Below are positions 43,742-56,790 of a stretch of DNA of 64,000 nucleotides, piece by piece (the stretch's first letter is position 1; every line of letters begins with the position of its first letter). Origin of the DNA: Chrysomallon squamiferum (Eukaryota; Animalia; Mollusca); the NCBI GenBank assembly GCA_012295275.1, contig CM022668.1:14942001-15006000 (forward strand), in the 5' to 3' direction. A program made the position numbers and the translations under genes. The notes under the pieces were generated by a model that searched no databases, was not told the DNA's origin, and saw only the letters and a program-made list of their open reading frames with translations.

Positions 43742-45172
43742 GAAATGCACCAATATACTTTGCAGAATGGGAAAATTTGTATAAAGCAATCATTTTTCTT
43801 TTCTTCAGACATTAGATTAAAAACAGACAATGTCTGAGGAGTTACTTCCCTTTAGTATCAGCCGCCTAATATCCACATATGATTTCTGTGATGGTGGGGG
43901 TACTTTTTATATCAATTAACAGTAACATATACCATATGTGATGGAAAGATAAAGTTAATGAACATAATTAACAGTAAACTGAAACATATTCGTACTCGTT
44001 CTAGTGATTAGTACATTCCTTAATTAAATGTAGATTATTTTTAACCTTTGGTTTTTCTTCATTCTTTTCGTAACTGTAATGAACATTTATTTTATATGTA
44101 TACACACATACACACAGACGCACACACACATATATTACACAGATGCTGGCAATTAACATTTTTTTATTCAATTATTTTTAAATGTTTACTCTTTTCTTTA
44201 TCTTCATCATTCTTTTAATATAATATGTAGGAGAAGATTTTGTTACCATTGAATGACACAATGATGAAGAAAATAAGCAAGAATATTTAACTGTAATAAT
44301 TCATTTAGCACGAGACTTTATATTTCTTTCCTTAAAATTTAATTCCTTAATTATCTTTTGACTTCCACCTACAAAAATATTTGCTATACATATATAAATA
44401 AATAAATAAATAATATAAAATAATAATCATTTTTCCCTTTTACCACCAGATTTAATTTTGAACTTAAAGTATACTTCATGTTATCTTCTGCATTCTATAA
44501 AAGAGATTACTCACTGTTTAAAGACTGGCTTTATATTATGAAAATAAAAATAAAATAAAAAAAAACAATTCTGGATGCTAACTCTTTAAGTCCTGTTAAG
44601 ACAGAATCTGGTTTTATTTTTATTTTCATAAATTATATTCTTGGTTAAATATTTGAGTTCTATCAACTACTAACCCTTAAAGGTCTGATGTTATATTTTG
44701 AAAACATAAAATAAATAAATAAGAAAATAAATACAAATAATTCTGAAAAATAAATAAATATTTAAATTCTGTTAACACAGAATGTGGGTTAATTTTGTTT
44801 CCATTTTTAGACCTCAATTTAGCTCTGTTTTCAGTTTCATTCCATTTTAACCTTTTCACTGGGATTTTTTTCATTTCTTCTGGTATCACTCCTTGATAAA
44901 ACTGTTAATCCACTCAAGACTGATAAACTGTCCATATCATCTGTAGTTCTGTGCATTCTTACATTCATTCAGAAACACTTTCTCACTGAAAAACAAAAAT
45001 ATTCAGTCCTTTCAGTCTATTAAGTCAGCCAGTCTTTCTTCTTTTGATTTTTCTCCTATGAATGAATCAGTCACTGAACTGAGCAAGGTTAGTTTTATAT
45101 TCAAGTATCCCGTGGTTTTTGTGGAGTGTAAAATTTTTTTTTTTTTTTTTTTAACAGATCTGGTTTTTATTG

Positions 45173-45285
45173 TTAGAAGAATTTAACTCCTTCTGTTCCA
45201 CCGGCAGAAATCAGCTCAGCTTTGCCTTGTGACTGCAACGACTGAAGAGCTCGGACTAGAAGCCAGTTTTCCAAACCATGAAATT
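45173..45285 (-). CDS. VPS25: VPS25 exon 6 (terminal)
   Basis: Encodes EFHGLENWLLVRALQSLQSQGKAELISAGGTEGVKFF, stop TAA. Confidence 0.93.
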
Positions 45286-45695
45286 CTAAAAAAATAAAAA
45301 TAAAAAAAAATAAAAAAAATATATATATATAAAAATAAAATAAATATACAGTGGTTGAAACAAAACCTTAAAAATGATTTGAAAAAATCTAATCAATTGC
45401 CTCAAAAAAAAATAAAATAAAAAAATATTTATATTGAAATAATACTGTTATTATCACTTTTACCTTGATCTTTAATGATAAAACATCTTAGCAATATATA
45501 GTTTACAATCAATACCATCTACAGTGCAAAATCATTAGAATCATTTAGTTTCACACACACACAGACACCCAAAATATATATAAATATATATTACACACAC
45601 ACACACAGACATACACATAGACACAATCAGACACCCCCAAACTATACACACACACACACACACACACATATATACATAATGAGACACATCCAAAC

Positions 45696-45739
<44 letters not shown>

Positions 45740-47620
45740 TATACACGAGGCACAGAAACTATATATATATGTATACGTATGTATAAAATATCAGCTTTTA
45801 CCTTGACCTGTGCTGTCATCACCTTCAGTGATTTCATAATACGTACACACTGTGTTAGTCATGCTGTTATCTGTGATCTGAAAACATAAAACATGGAAAT
45901 ACATCCTCAACAAGAAAACAGAGACAGGAGAAACTCATTCTTTATAAAATAAATTAGCTGCAGTCAAAAAATAAATATATATAAAAATAAATAATAATAA
46001 AAAAAGAAACAGTTTGAAATAAATAATATAAATGTTAAGAAGCAACAATACTAAAAAGAAAAAAGAAAAAACCCTAGACAGAAAGAAAAGAAAAAGTAAA
46101 ATTATGAAAGAATGTAAAATACGTAAATAAAACATTTTTTTTTAAAAGTACTAATTTGTGACAGTCACTGACAACTTTACTGAGGGAAATAAATTTTATT
46201 TCTATCATGCCTACAAATAACACACCTTTAAAATTATCTCTCTCTTTCTCTCTCACACACTCACACACACTGACAGTCACATAGACTCATGCAACATCTT
46301 AAAATATAAGATTAATATAAATGTACCCATTTGTATATCAACTTTCCCCATTCCTCAGGTGTTCGCCACATCACAAGACATTGCTTCTTGCTTTTATCTT
46401 GCCATTCTATGTGTCCTAAAATAATAAAAAATAAAACCATCAGTCAGTATTATTAATTTAATTTTACAATTCTTAATCATTTTAGTATACTCCACGATGC
46501 AAAAAAGTGTAACGTATTGAACTTAATTTGCAGTATAAGTATGAAAAAAAATAATCTACTTGAAACTATCTTGGGTAAAATTTTAATTGGAAATTTACAA
46601 CACTAGACTGATAATCTATTCAAAATATATCTCTGAAACTGAATATAGACCCCAGTATCTGTCAATTTTAATTGATATATGGTTTAAAATCATCTAGATA
46701 GTTGAAGAAAATCTATAATCAGCTGATATTTTCTGACTGCTTTGAACAGTTTGGAACAAACAGTAATCACAGATCAAATGAGCAGTTCATTTGTGGGTTA
46801 TGAAACTATAATAATGATAATAATTATAATAAAAATAATATAACAACAATAATAATGATAATAATAAAAAAGAGAAAAACAGATACTAAAAACTAAAACA
46901 ATTTTAATTTATTTGCATAGTACAAAACTATTCTCAGTTTATTTCATCTTGTTTCATATTAAAACAAAATAAATAAAAAATATTAAAAATCTTACCTCGT
47001 TTTCTAAGTTCTTCTAGTACAACAAAGACATCATCTTGTGTTAACCTCCCTGTATTCTGTTAAGGAATGATAAATCTATTTCCCCATGCATTTCATTGCT
47101 TAAATATAAAAAACCATTTTGATAATGTAGCATGAAAATTGTGATGTTGAATAACATATTCAAATGGTATAAATCTATTACAAATTTATACATGTATATA
47201 TGTGTTTATGTGTGTGTGTGTGTGTGTGTGTACTCAGAAAGCTTTGTACATTTTGTCTGTAGTATCAATTTAATTTGAAGTTTCTTACAGACAGAAAAAA
47301 AAACAATAAATATATCATCAGATTTGACAAATTCATTCTGGAGCACTTTGAGTAGATCAGAAATGTACCCAGTGATCAAACTATGCATACAATTTTCCCG
47401 CTCTTTACCACATAAGGATACTGTTAATTGATTTATTGTGAAAGAGTGGTGAATTATGTGCTTCTGTGACATCAAGTCTGTAATTCTTGTGATGTTTCTG
47501 ATACGATATTATTAATGAACACCAAGCTTCCAGCTGTTTTTTTCTGGTCTCTAGATTTGGCTGTATTCTGAAAAATAAGTAAACTAAAGTATAATAAAAA
47601 TAAATAAAATAAAATAAAAT

Positions 47621-47664
<44 letters not shown>

Positions 47665-48080
47665 GTAAAATCATTAAATACATATTCAGATATTGAATAT
47701 TAGTTGCTTTAAATGAAAAAAAAAAAAAAAAAAAAAAAAAAAGAAGAAAGAAACAAGAACAATTGTTTGTGTATAAAATGTTCATATAGATCAAACATGA
47801 AAACGGTTTATGATTATGAATATCCGGATTATTATTAATTATTATATTACAAAATAATTGTTAAAATTATGATGTAAATTTACCTATATAATAAAAAAAA
47901 TCATGAATGTCTAAAACGTTTCATCGTAATAAAACCCGTACGAGGATCAGGAAGCGCTATTGTTAGATAATTCAATACGAAATAAGCACTTAGAAAAACA
48001 CTAAAGGAAAAGAAAATAATTTACGTGAAAAAGGGAGGAAAGTTATACTGCCAAGGAAACTCAAATGATTCCGTCGCCAT
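45173..48080 (-). CDS. VPS25: Vacuolar protein sorting 25 (ESCRT-II), complement(join(45173..45285,45802..45877,46327..46415,46996..47049,47422..47567,48025..48080)), 177 aa
   Basis: Spliced translation MATESFEFPWQYNFPPFFTIQPNLETRKKQLEAWCSL...SPLFHNKSINRRL...LEELRKRGHIEWQDKSK...MWRTPEEWGKLIYKW...EFHGLENWLLVRALQSLQSQGKAELI...GVKFF matches VPS25 end to end (FPPFFT.QP motif, terminal GVKFF). Phases are consistent; 534 nt in total. Confidence 0.95.
45802..45877 (-). CDS. VPS25: VPS25 exon 5
   Basis: Encodes ITDNSMTNTVCTYYEITEGDDSTGQ. Confidence 0.9.
46327..46415 (-). CDS. VPS25: VPS25 exon 4
   Basis: Encodes GHIEWQDKSKKQCLVMWRTPEEWGKLIYKW. Confidence 0.93.
46996..47049 (-). CDS. VPS25: VPS25 exon 3
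   Basis: Encodes RRLTQDDVFVVLEELRKR; gtaaga donor. Confidence 0.9.
47050..47421 (-). other. U12-type (minor spliceosome) GT-AG intron, VPS25 intron 2
   Basis: 5' splice site GTATCCTT; branch site TTCCTTAAC (47059-47067) about 10 nt before the CAG acceptor; no polypyrimidine tract. Confidence 0.9.
47422..47567 (-). CDS. VPS25: VPS25 exon 2
   Basis: Encodes IQPNLETRKKQLEAWCSL...NKSIN; followed by U12-type donor GTATCCTT. Confidence 0.93.
48025..48080 (-). CDS. VPS25: VPS25 exon 1
   Basis: Encodes MATESFEFPWQYNFPPFFT; gtaaat donor. Confidence 0.93.
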
Positions 48081-48800
48081 TGCCGTGATAAATAATGCTT
48101 ATAACAAGGAAAAAGTCACGCATTGCAAAATTATATTTAGTGGCAAATCTGTGAAACTGATAATTATATTTATTGTAATAATAATTGAATCACTTCTAAA
48201 ATGGTTCAAACCAGGCGTCTAGTATAAATAAATAATATATTTATTTTCGTATTAAGCGGTTAAGATATAAAACTTCACCACCATAGCTAGAAATTTATTA
48301 ATAAATAGATTAATCAGTCATGTTACATATTGCTTTAAACGAATAAGGAATTTCACATCTACGATCATATTTCTATATATATGTAGAAATATTATTGATT
48401 GTGTTGTAAAGCAAATATAATATGGGCCTTTTGTTCTTTCGGTAATTTCCGTGAACCAGGACATTTTGAGTAAGGTGCATATACATCAAACCGGAAGTTA
48501 TCAAAATTTCCAGTTCCTGTGTTAGAAAAATAAAATGCATTATTTTTCAACATTTTGGTGAATTTTATAACTTTAGCCGTATGTATACAGTCTTTTTAAA
48601 TGAGAAACATAACCAGATGAACGTTATTTGTATCGGTACATATTTAAGAAAAATATCAAAATAAAGTTTCAGCTAGGTTACGAACCGAGTAGGACCAAAC
48701 AAGACAGGGTCTACCGTCTGCGGTGGAGGCAGTTCGGAGTTCCGAAATCACTGAAATGAAATGAATCTTGATCTACAGTCTATATTTTATGATTTTAATT
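48081..48800. promoter_or_regulatory. Putative bidirectional promoter of VPS25/UBE2F
   Basis: Lies between head-to-head genes whose start codons are ~1.5 kb apart. CpGs are locally retained amid CpG-poor gene bodies. ETS/GABP motif ACCGGAAGT at 48490-48498. Confidence 0.65.
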
Positions 48801-49079
48801 ATTTACGTTAAGACTCATTTGAGTCAGTAAAAAGTTAATCAAATAATAATTGTTAATTTAAATCAGTTATAACTGTCAGTAATCGTAAATTGTGGAAAAT
48901 GTTAACGATACTGAATTGATGTATTCACTATTCACTGTATTGTATATTATAATTTGTCTGACCTCACTCAAAGTCAAACTCGTGTTCATAACACAGGTAA
49001 CTGCTATAAGTATAAATATAACGAGTGTATAAAAGTGTATTATTAGTACTACTACTACTACTGCTACTACTACTACTAC

Positions 49080-49127
<48 letters not shown>

Positions 49128-49199
49128 GTTAAGTGGTAATTAGAATATAATACAATGAACTAATGATTACTTGCAAATAAATATGTATAATAATAATAT

Positions 49200-49309
<110 letters not shown>

Positions 49310-49624
49310 TTGTCTTGCCTCTCCCTCTAGAAATCAGTGTCACTAAAATAACTCTCCGTATGCTTAACTTTAGACGTTTTAGTCTCATAATATTTTATTT
49401 AATTTATAACCATAATTTTTGTTTAAAGGTTTTAAAGAAAATGCAATGACGTCTTTTTTATTTTTCTTCTTATACCAAATTTAATATAAAAAATCAAAGT
49501 CTTGTATTGTTTGAAATATTTTCATTTTACTGAATTTATTTATATATACAAATATCTATTAAGTGTTATTAAATATTTTTTTATTTTTTTATTTATTTAT
49601 TTATTTTTTACTTCCAGTTAAGAA

Positions 49625-49733
49625 ATGATTACTTTGTCTAAGAAACTCAGACAACAGAGCCAGGTGAAAAAAGATGTCACAGAGGCACCAAGTCCAAAAA
49701 GAATTTCAGTTAGAGATAAACTCTTAATTAAAG
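49625..49733 (+). CDS. UBE2F: UBE2F coding exon 1
   Basis: Encodes [10 protein letters not shown]...[11 protein letters not shown]; G|gtttca donor. Confidence 0.92.
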
Positions 49734-50676
49734 GTTTCATTTATCAGTTTCTTGATTTCTTGATTTATTTGTTTATTCGTTTCTTTATTTATTGTTGGTT
49801 TGTTATTAATTAATTTTTGTGTAGAAATTACTATGAATTTTAATCCTTGACTTTTACTCTGAACATTTCATATACTTACTGTCTCTCATATTATCTGTTT
49901 AAGTTAACCATTAAAATACAATCAATTAAAATCCTCATAAAGATGTCAACTTTTGTCAGTAATTTAGTAGATTATGGTAATAAATAAATGATAAAGAATA
50001 TTAAAATAAGTTTTAAAAATTTATTTATATAGTTTGTTCTGTTATTTCATATTTCTTTTTTGTTTTAAAGACATATATAGTCATAAATCTAAAATAAATA
50101 TAATTTACGTGCTTTTATTTCTAAAAATATGTAATGTATGTTAAAACATACCTTTTAGGCTGTGTTCTGCTTTTATAAACAATCAAATATTAAAGGTTTG
50201 ACACACATACAGTTTTAATTCAAACACAGTTAATATTATTTTAGCATTTATTTATTAGTTTTTTTTTTTTTTTTTTTTATTTATTTGCTTATTATTACTT
50301 TGTTTTGTATATTTTATTTTATATATATTTTTTAATCAGTGTTTATTAATATTCTTGACATTAATTAATTTATTCCTTCATTCACAGAGGTTCAGGAAAT
50401 GGCAGATAATCTGCCAAAGACTTGTAAAACGTATTTTGATGATGTAAACAAATTATCTACCTTTGTGCTTATCATCACACCTGATGAAGGTTACTGGCAG
50501 GGTGGAAAGTTCAAATTCTTGATAGAAGTACCAGAAGATTATAATATAGAGGTACCTATTATTGTTGTTGTTGTTAGTATAATTATTATACTAATTGATG
50601 ACAATGTGGTTATTGTTATTGTTGTTGTTGTTGTGTTTATTGTTTTTTATTACTATTGTTGTCAAGATATTTATTA

Positions 50677-50707
<31 letters not shown>

Positions 50708-52142
50708 TTTATTTTTATTTAATATTTTTTTTTTTTCCTTTTGTTTTTCTTAGATATTTATATACAGTATTCCCTGATATTCATGTTAATGTTCTTACCC
50801 CCCAATAATTGTTAAAAACCACGAATTTTGGATGCAGTTTTAAAACGTCTATTATGAGATTATATACGGTACTAAATGCTTCCCAAACACTTTCTAAAGA
50901 CACTCTTACTCACTAATACAGTAATAATGTAGTAATATTGCATGCACTTATGTATTTCACTAATGTAGTAATGATAATGTAAACACATTTTAATTTTGTT
51001 AAACAATATTTTAATCAGAAGGAAACGTAAGTTGAGGACAGTAACACCGCAGATAGCATAGTTACCCATACTGTATTACTTTAAAGTCATTTTCTATCGA
51101 TATTTATTAGAATTGACAGAAAGTGGAACAAATTTAAAGGCAAAACAGACAGATAAATACAGTACGCACAGTTCAGGTAATAATATGCAATTAAAAACAT
51201 TATTAATACACGGTCACAAAAAATATGCACTGTATATACAGTGTATGCATTTATAAAAAAAATACGTACTGTATTGCAATAATAATTGAAAAAATTTGAT
51301 ATTATTTGTTGGTTTTACCGAGCAGCATTTGTTTTTTATGACGTTTGGCCTTCGCCTGGTATACCAGCATTTTAGGGTCAAGAGCCTAACCATAAAATAT
51401 CTTGGGCCGCTGAATATATTACATTTTGTTGTCATTATTTTTGTTACCATAATTATATTTTTTCATCTTCAGTTTGTATTATAATTGTTTTATTGAGGAA
51501 TTTGTCATTTAAATATTCTAATTATTATTGTTTTATTGGTTTATATTTTAAATTTTCTAATTATTATTGTTTTATAGCCTTAAATTTTATTACTAAAAAA
51601 ATTAATAATGTGCCCTCGTCCATATTTTTTGTCCTGTTACAAAAATCAGAAAAAATACCTGCAACTAATTTACATTTTATTTAACTGGTCATATTTTTCA
51701 TTCCCCAGCCACCATCAGTTATATGTCAAACAAGAATATGGCATCCAAACATTACAGAAAATGGAGAAGTTTGTCTTAGTTTATTAAGACAGAAGTCTTA
51801 CGATGGAATGGGTATCTCAGACTTAAATTAATTCTTAAATCTGTGTTTTAATCAATAATTTTATTTATATGAGTGTCATGAAAATACTGTAAAAGATGAT
51901 GCTATTATGACAAGAAGCCTTTGATAGAATGAGTAAATTTGTTGTTGTTAAAAACTTAGAATCTTGTTAGTTTTATTAATATTATTATTAAACTTAATTA
52001 TTTTGATTATGATAAATTCAGTGAATTTAAATTTAAACACGATTATTATTATTCTGATTATTCTGATTATTATTATTATTATTAAACTTAATTATTATGT
52101 TTATGATAAATTCTCTAAATTTAAATAAGAAACAAGATTAAA

Positions 52143-52183
<41 letters not shown>

Positions 52184-53353
52184 ACTTAATTATTTTGTTC
52201 ATTTGATGAATCCTCAAAATTTAAATAACAAACGAGATTGGTATAATCATTAAACTTAATTATTAAATTATTTGAAATTTTAGGCTGGGCACCTACAAGA
52301 GCTCTCAAAGATGTAGTGTGGGGACTAAATTCACTTTTTTCTGTAAGTATCAGCAACTGTCAGATCCCAGCTTTTGAAATATGTAGAACATGACACAACC
52401 ATTTGTGACCAACAACGAAAAAACAGAACTGTACTCACACTGTACATTCACATTTTTAACTTCAGTAATTATTAAATAATTAATAAAAATATAAATGTGT
52501 GTTTCTTTACCAGTTGTGCTATTTTTTCTGTTCTATTTTTTTTGGAGATAGATAAAACCATTTTAATGAATTTATATTTTGAGTGTGGTAAGGTTATCGA
52601 AAAGTTCAGTAAATTTATTTATTTGGTAAGTTTTTGAAATAATTTTTGAATAATACTTGTAAACAATTCAGTGTTCATGTTTTCTTCTGTTGTTTTGCAA
52701 ATAAAAACACATTTTTTGATGAGCACAAACATCAATCATTAACATCTTAAAATGCAGATGTTGTTGTTGTTGTTGTTGTTGTTGTTAATTTTAGTGTTGT
52801 TATTATCATTATGATAAGATAATGATTATTTTTGTTGTTAGTATTATTGTTGTTCCTATTGTTTTTATTATTGTTACTGTATTGTATTTCAGGATTTGGT
52901 TAATTTTGATGATCCTTTGAATGTAGAAGCTGCTGAAAATTACTCTCGAGACAGGGTATGATTTGTTTTTATTTTATTTTAATTTTAATTTTAATTAAAA
53001 CACAACTGATAAGCAGCTGGCAGTGGGTTCAAACCCCACTATCCCATGAACCAAGTATCTCCATTACATTTGTTTTTGTCTTAATTTGTTTATTTTTATT
53101 ATTTCAGACATTTCTTTTTTGTATCTGTTTTATATACTCTATAAATTGTTATCTTTATATTTAATTCATACTGCATGTAATTTTATTTGGTTAATTCATG
53201 TTAATAGCTTATCACACACACATGCACGCTCACACACACACACACACACACACACACAGATGTGTGTATAGATAGACATATAGACGGACAGATAGAAAGG
53301 TAGCTAGGTAGATAGATTGATATTAAAAACACATTGACAATTCCACTATTTTA

Positions 53354-53417
<64 letters not shown>

Positions 53418-53528
53418 GTTCTAATTAATTAATTAATTTGTTTGTTTATTTTTGTGTTTATTTTATATTTTCAGGAGTCTTTCAGAGCCAAAGTTAAGGA
53501 CTATATATCTCAGTTTGCCAGAAGATAA
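49625..53528 (+). CDS. UBE2F: NEDD8-conjugating enzyme UBE2F, join(49625..49733,50388..50551,51709..51811,52284..52342,52893..52955,53475..53528), 183 aa
   Basis: Spliced translation MITLSKKL...[16 protein letters not shown]...[14 protein letters not shown]...PP...[18 protein letters not shown]...[38 protein letters not shown]...[15 protein letters not shown] matches UBE2F rather than UBE2M. HPN motif and catalytic Cys are present. 552 nt, phases consistent. An acceptor at 49617 implies an upstream non-coding exon. Confidence 0.95.
50388..50551 (+). CDS. UBE2F: UBE2F coding exon 2
   Basis: Encodes [14 protein letters not shown]...[24 protein letters not shown]. Confidence 0.92.
51709..51811 (+). 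CDS. UBE2F: UBE2F coding exon 3 (catalytic Cys)
   Basis: Encodes [34 protein letters not shown]. Confidence 0.94.
51975..52265. repeat. Degenerate ~90-100-bp tandem repeat in a UBE2F intron
   Basis: attattaaacttaattatt...gataaattc...aatttaaat...aaacacgatt recurs 3-4 times. Confidence 0.7.
52284..52342 (+). CDS. UBE2F: UBE2F coding exon 4
   Basis: Encodes [20 protein letters not shown]; gtaagt donor. Confidence 0.94.
52893..52955 (+). CDS. UBE2F: UBE2F coding exon 5
   Basis: Encodes [21 protein letters not shown]. Confidence 0.94.
53475..53528 (+). CDS. UBE2F: UBE2F coding exon 6 (terminal)
   Basis: Encodes [17 protein letters not shown], stop TAA. Confidence 0.92.
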   Translation, partial: ESFRAKVKDYISQFARR

Positions 53529-54202
53529 TATCATTCAGACATTGTTAACTTGTTACTAGAAAACGCGGCCCTTTGTGATTTCACTGTTTTAGGCTTGGCT
53601 TGATGTGTCAACAACTACTGACATTATTTTCAGATCATGTGTATCGCTGGATCACCAGATCCTTTTAATCCTTTTAACAGTCAACAAACATTTACTACAT
53701 CATCCAGAAACAACTGGATCAGTAGTCAAGAATCAACAAAACTGCTTAGATCATCATCTTTTACTATAAAATATATATATTTTTGGGGGCATTCTGATTG
53801 GCTCGTTCAAGTTAGCTCAGCCAATGGCAAAGATTGTTACATTACAGAGTCGACTGTTTTGCCAGTCGTGTTTTTTTTTCAGTTAAAGATTCTTTTGTAC
53901 AGATGATACTATACTGCCAGTAGAGTAACTTTCAGAGCAAAGATTGTTAAATATTCGTTAAGATGTCCATAATCTCTTGTAAAGACAGTTATATACAGTT
54001 ATATATAATTCTAAGGCCATCTTGTTCTGAAGATGATGCAGCCATAGACTGATATTGTTAATGGTTGTGAAATAAATAAGTAAATTTCAGCAGAATTTAT
54101 AACAAACAGGCCACAATATGTTAACCGAATTTAGAGGAAAAAAAACCCTTTAATTTCAGTCTGTTGTTCAGTTAATTTGTAGCAAGGATATATTTATATA
54201 TT

Positions 54203-54500
54203 AAGTGATTTAGCATACCCAGTTACATCCATTAACTGTATATCCAAATTGTGATTTTGCATAAATAAACTTTATCCATGGCCAGTATTGCATCTAAATA
54301 GTGATTAAACATAAATTATTTTGTACATGGACAGTATAATATCCAAATAGTGATTTAGCTTAAACCGTTAATTCTAAAGGTCAGTGCAACATAAAATAGT
54401 GACATAGCTAGAATTAATTCTTGAGTTTGCTACATTTTCTAAAGAGTGATTTAGAACTGCATTCTGGATCTGATACACAATCTAGAATATGATTTAGATC
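54203..54500. repeat. Degenerate ~48-bp tandem repeat downstream of the UBE2F stop
   Basis: (a/t)gtgattt-like anchor at ~54204, 54250, 54300, 54349, 54398 and 54445. Confidence 0.65.
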
Positions 54501-54785
54501 ATTCTGTTGTACCCAGCATGATACATTACCTCTGTAGTGATTTCTGGCTATGTAAGAAAATGTTTTGCATGTCTGAAAGTTTGACTGTGTTTTCTAAGAG
54601 GGAAAACATCAAAGCCAAGGGAAAAAACAAGAAATAAGGATTTCAGAGTATATTTTTTTTTTTTTTTTTTTTTCAGTTTTCTTAAGAAACTAGACTAAAA
54701 CTCCATGAGTTGACAAAAATCTTCCATGATAATTTTGCTAACTGTGTGATTTGTATTTCCTGTAAGCCTTGTCTTCGTTTGTGAG

Positions 54786-54821
<36 letters not shown>

Positions 54822-55699
54822 ATGTTAAACCAGCTGGATAACCAGTATTTCGAAATCTGGCAAGTCTAGTGACCCAAATTAATATCTTGTTATTCCTGCG
54901 ATATTTGGATACAATCCCAAAACACTTGTACATTATATTGTTGATAAAGAGATTGTTGAATAATTTTTGCTTGTATGAATTTAGAATCTGACTCATAAAT
55001 TAAAAAATATCTGTGCTGAAAATAAAATGTTAAAATTTAAATTAAAATTAAAATTATTTTAATTTTCATTTTTTTGTATATTAGGGAAAAAAACGTAATA
55101 AATCCTTTAAAAATATTAATGATGATTAATTGTACAATTTTATACTAAGAATAAAATGCATTTGTTTATATACTAATATCCATTTTTGCATAGGATATCC
55201 TTTTGTTTACACAGTAACATGCCAAGGAATATCCATTTTTCCGTGTTTTTTTTTTGTTTTTTTTACACAGTAACATTCATTAATATTTAAATATTTTGAA
55301 ATGCTGTTAAATAGAGATCATTTTGGATTCATTTTAAAATCAATTTTCAATACAGATTTTTTTTTTTTTATTGATTTGTGAGTGTAGATTTTAATATTTC
55401 TATAAGCAAATATTTTTGGCACTTGTGATAAAATGTGTGAAGAGATATGTATTAACTGATTCAGGGATTTGCCAGAATTTATCAGAATAGACTGAAATGG
55501 GGTTGAAATGAATATTAAAATTTAAGATGTAATGAACTGTTTAATGCCAAACTGTAGAAGTTGTAGCTGTCTATGTATATATATATGCTTGCCTGGGAAT
55601 ATATCTTGTGTATTTATAATGCCAGTTATTGGAATTATGTGTATGTGTTTGCGTGTTTGAGTATGTATGTATTTTGTGTGAATCAATCGATCAGTCTCT

Positions 55700-55768
<69 letters not shown>

Positions 55769-56453
55769 GTCTGTCTGTCTGCCTCTCTTGATGTGTTTGA
55801 CTATGTGTATGTATGTATAAGTATTTATATCTCTGCCTGAATTATTATAAAAACTTACAGTGTGAGCTAAAATTAAAGACAAAATTGCACATTATGACCA
55901 AAACTGTGAATAATTAACTCAACTAGCCAGTATTAGAAATTCAGCTTCTGTCTTATTTAATTTCCATTTCAAACCTGTTTCTGTTTTATTCACACAGCTG
56001 AGACCATACTGGTCCAGTTTGGTGATTGAGTGGGTCGGAAATAAAATGTGTTTTGCAACGAAGAGGATACAAAAATTATTAACTGATTATTGTTTTGATT
56101 TTTGTTTTGTTTTGTTTTTTCTGGGTTATTTTTATTTTTTATTTTTTTTTTTATATTTGTTCTTTTTGTAATTTCTTTACATGAATTTATAATTTATATG
56201 TTTTAGAAATGATTTCCTTGTTGATTTTTGAGCTTGGTGTTTTATTTGAAAATGTGTTGTGAACGTAAATGTAAAAAGTTAATGAGAAATGAGTGGTGCT
56301 GTTAAAATATTCATGAAAAAAAACAAAAACATGAAGAATAAAAATGAAGATTGTACCAAATTGAAACAGAACATAATAAAATTAACAAAATGTTCGATAC
56401 ATATACAAAAATGCCCACCAAAAAACACCCACCTATGATAATAATAATCAGAA

Positions 56454-56485
<32 letters not shown>

Positions 56486-56705
56486 AATTAAATAAATAAT
56501 GATATTAATAAATTAAAAAATTAAATAAATAACAAAAAAAAAAAAAAAAAAAATGTAAAATATAATAAACAAAACAAATGACAAGAATAGAAAAATACAC
56601 CAGACATACACACTTACAAGCACCCCACCAATATCTAATATACCCCATTTTCCACCCAGACATTCACCAAACAAACCCAATTAAAAATGGTCAGTTATTT
56701 TTCAA

Positions 56706-56790
56706 AACATCAGAAATGGCTACACTTTCATAACATCTGAAATAGCTACACTTTCATAACATCAGAAATGGCTTACACTTTCATAATGTC
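56706..56790. repeat. 26-bp tandem repeat, 3 copies
   Basis: Unit acatcagaaatggctacactttcata. Confidence 0.85.

Noticed and set aside
51812-52283. UBE2F intron starting GTATCT, resembling a U12 donor
   Set aside because: Lacks the GTATCCT consensus and has no TCCTTAAC branch site; treated as U2-type.
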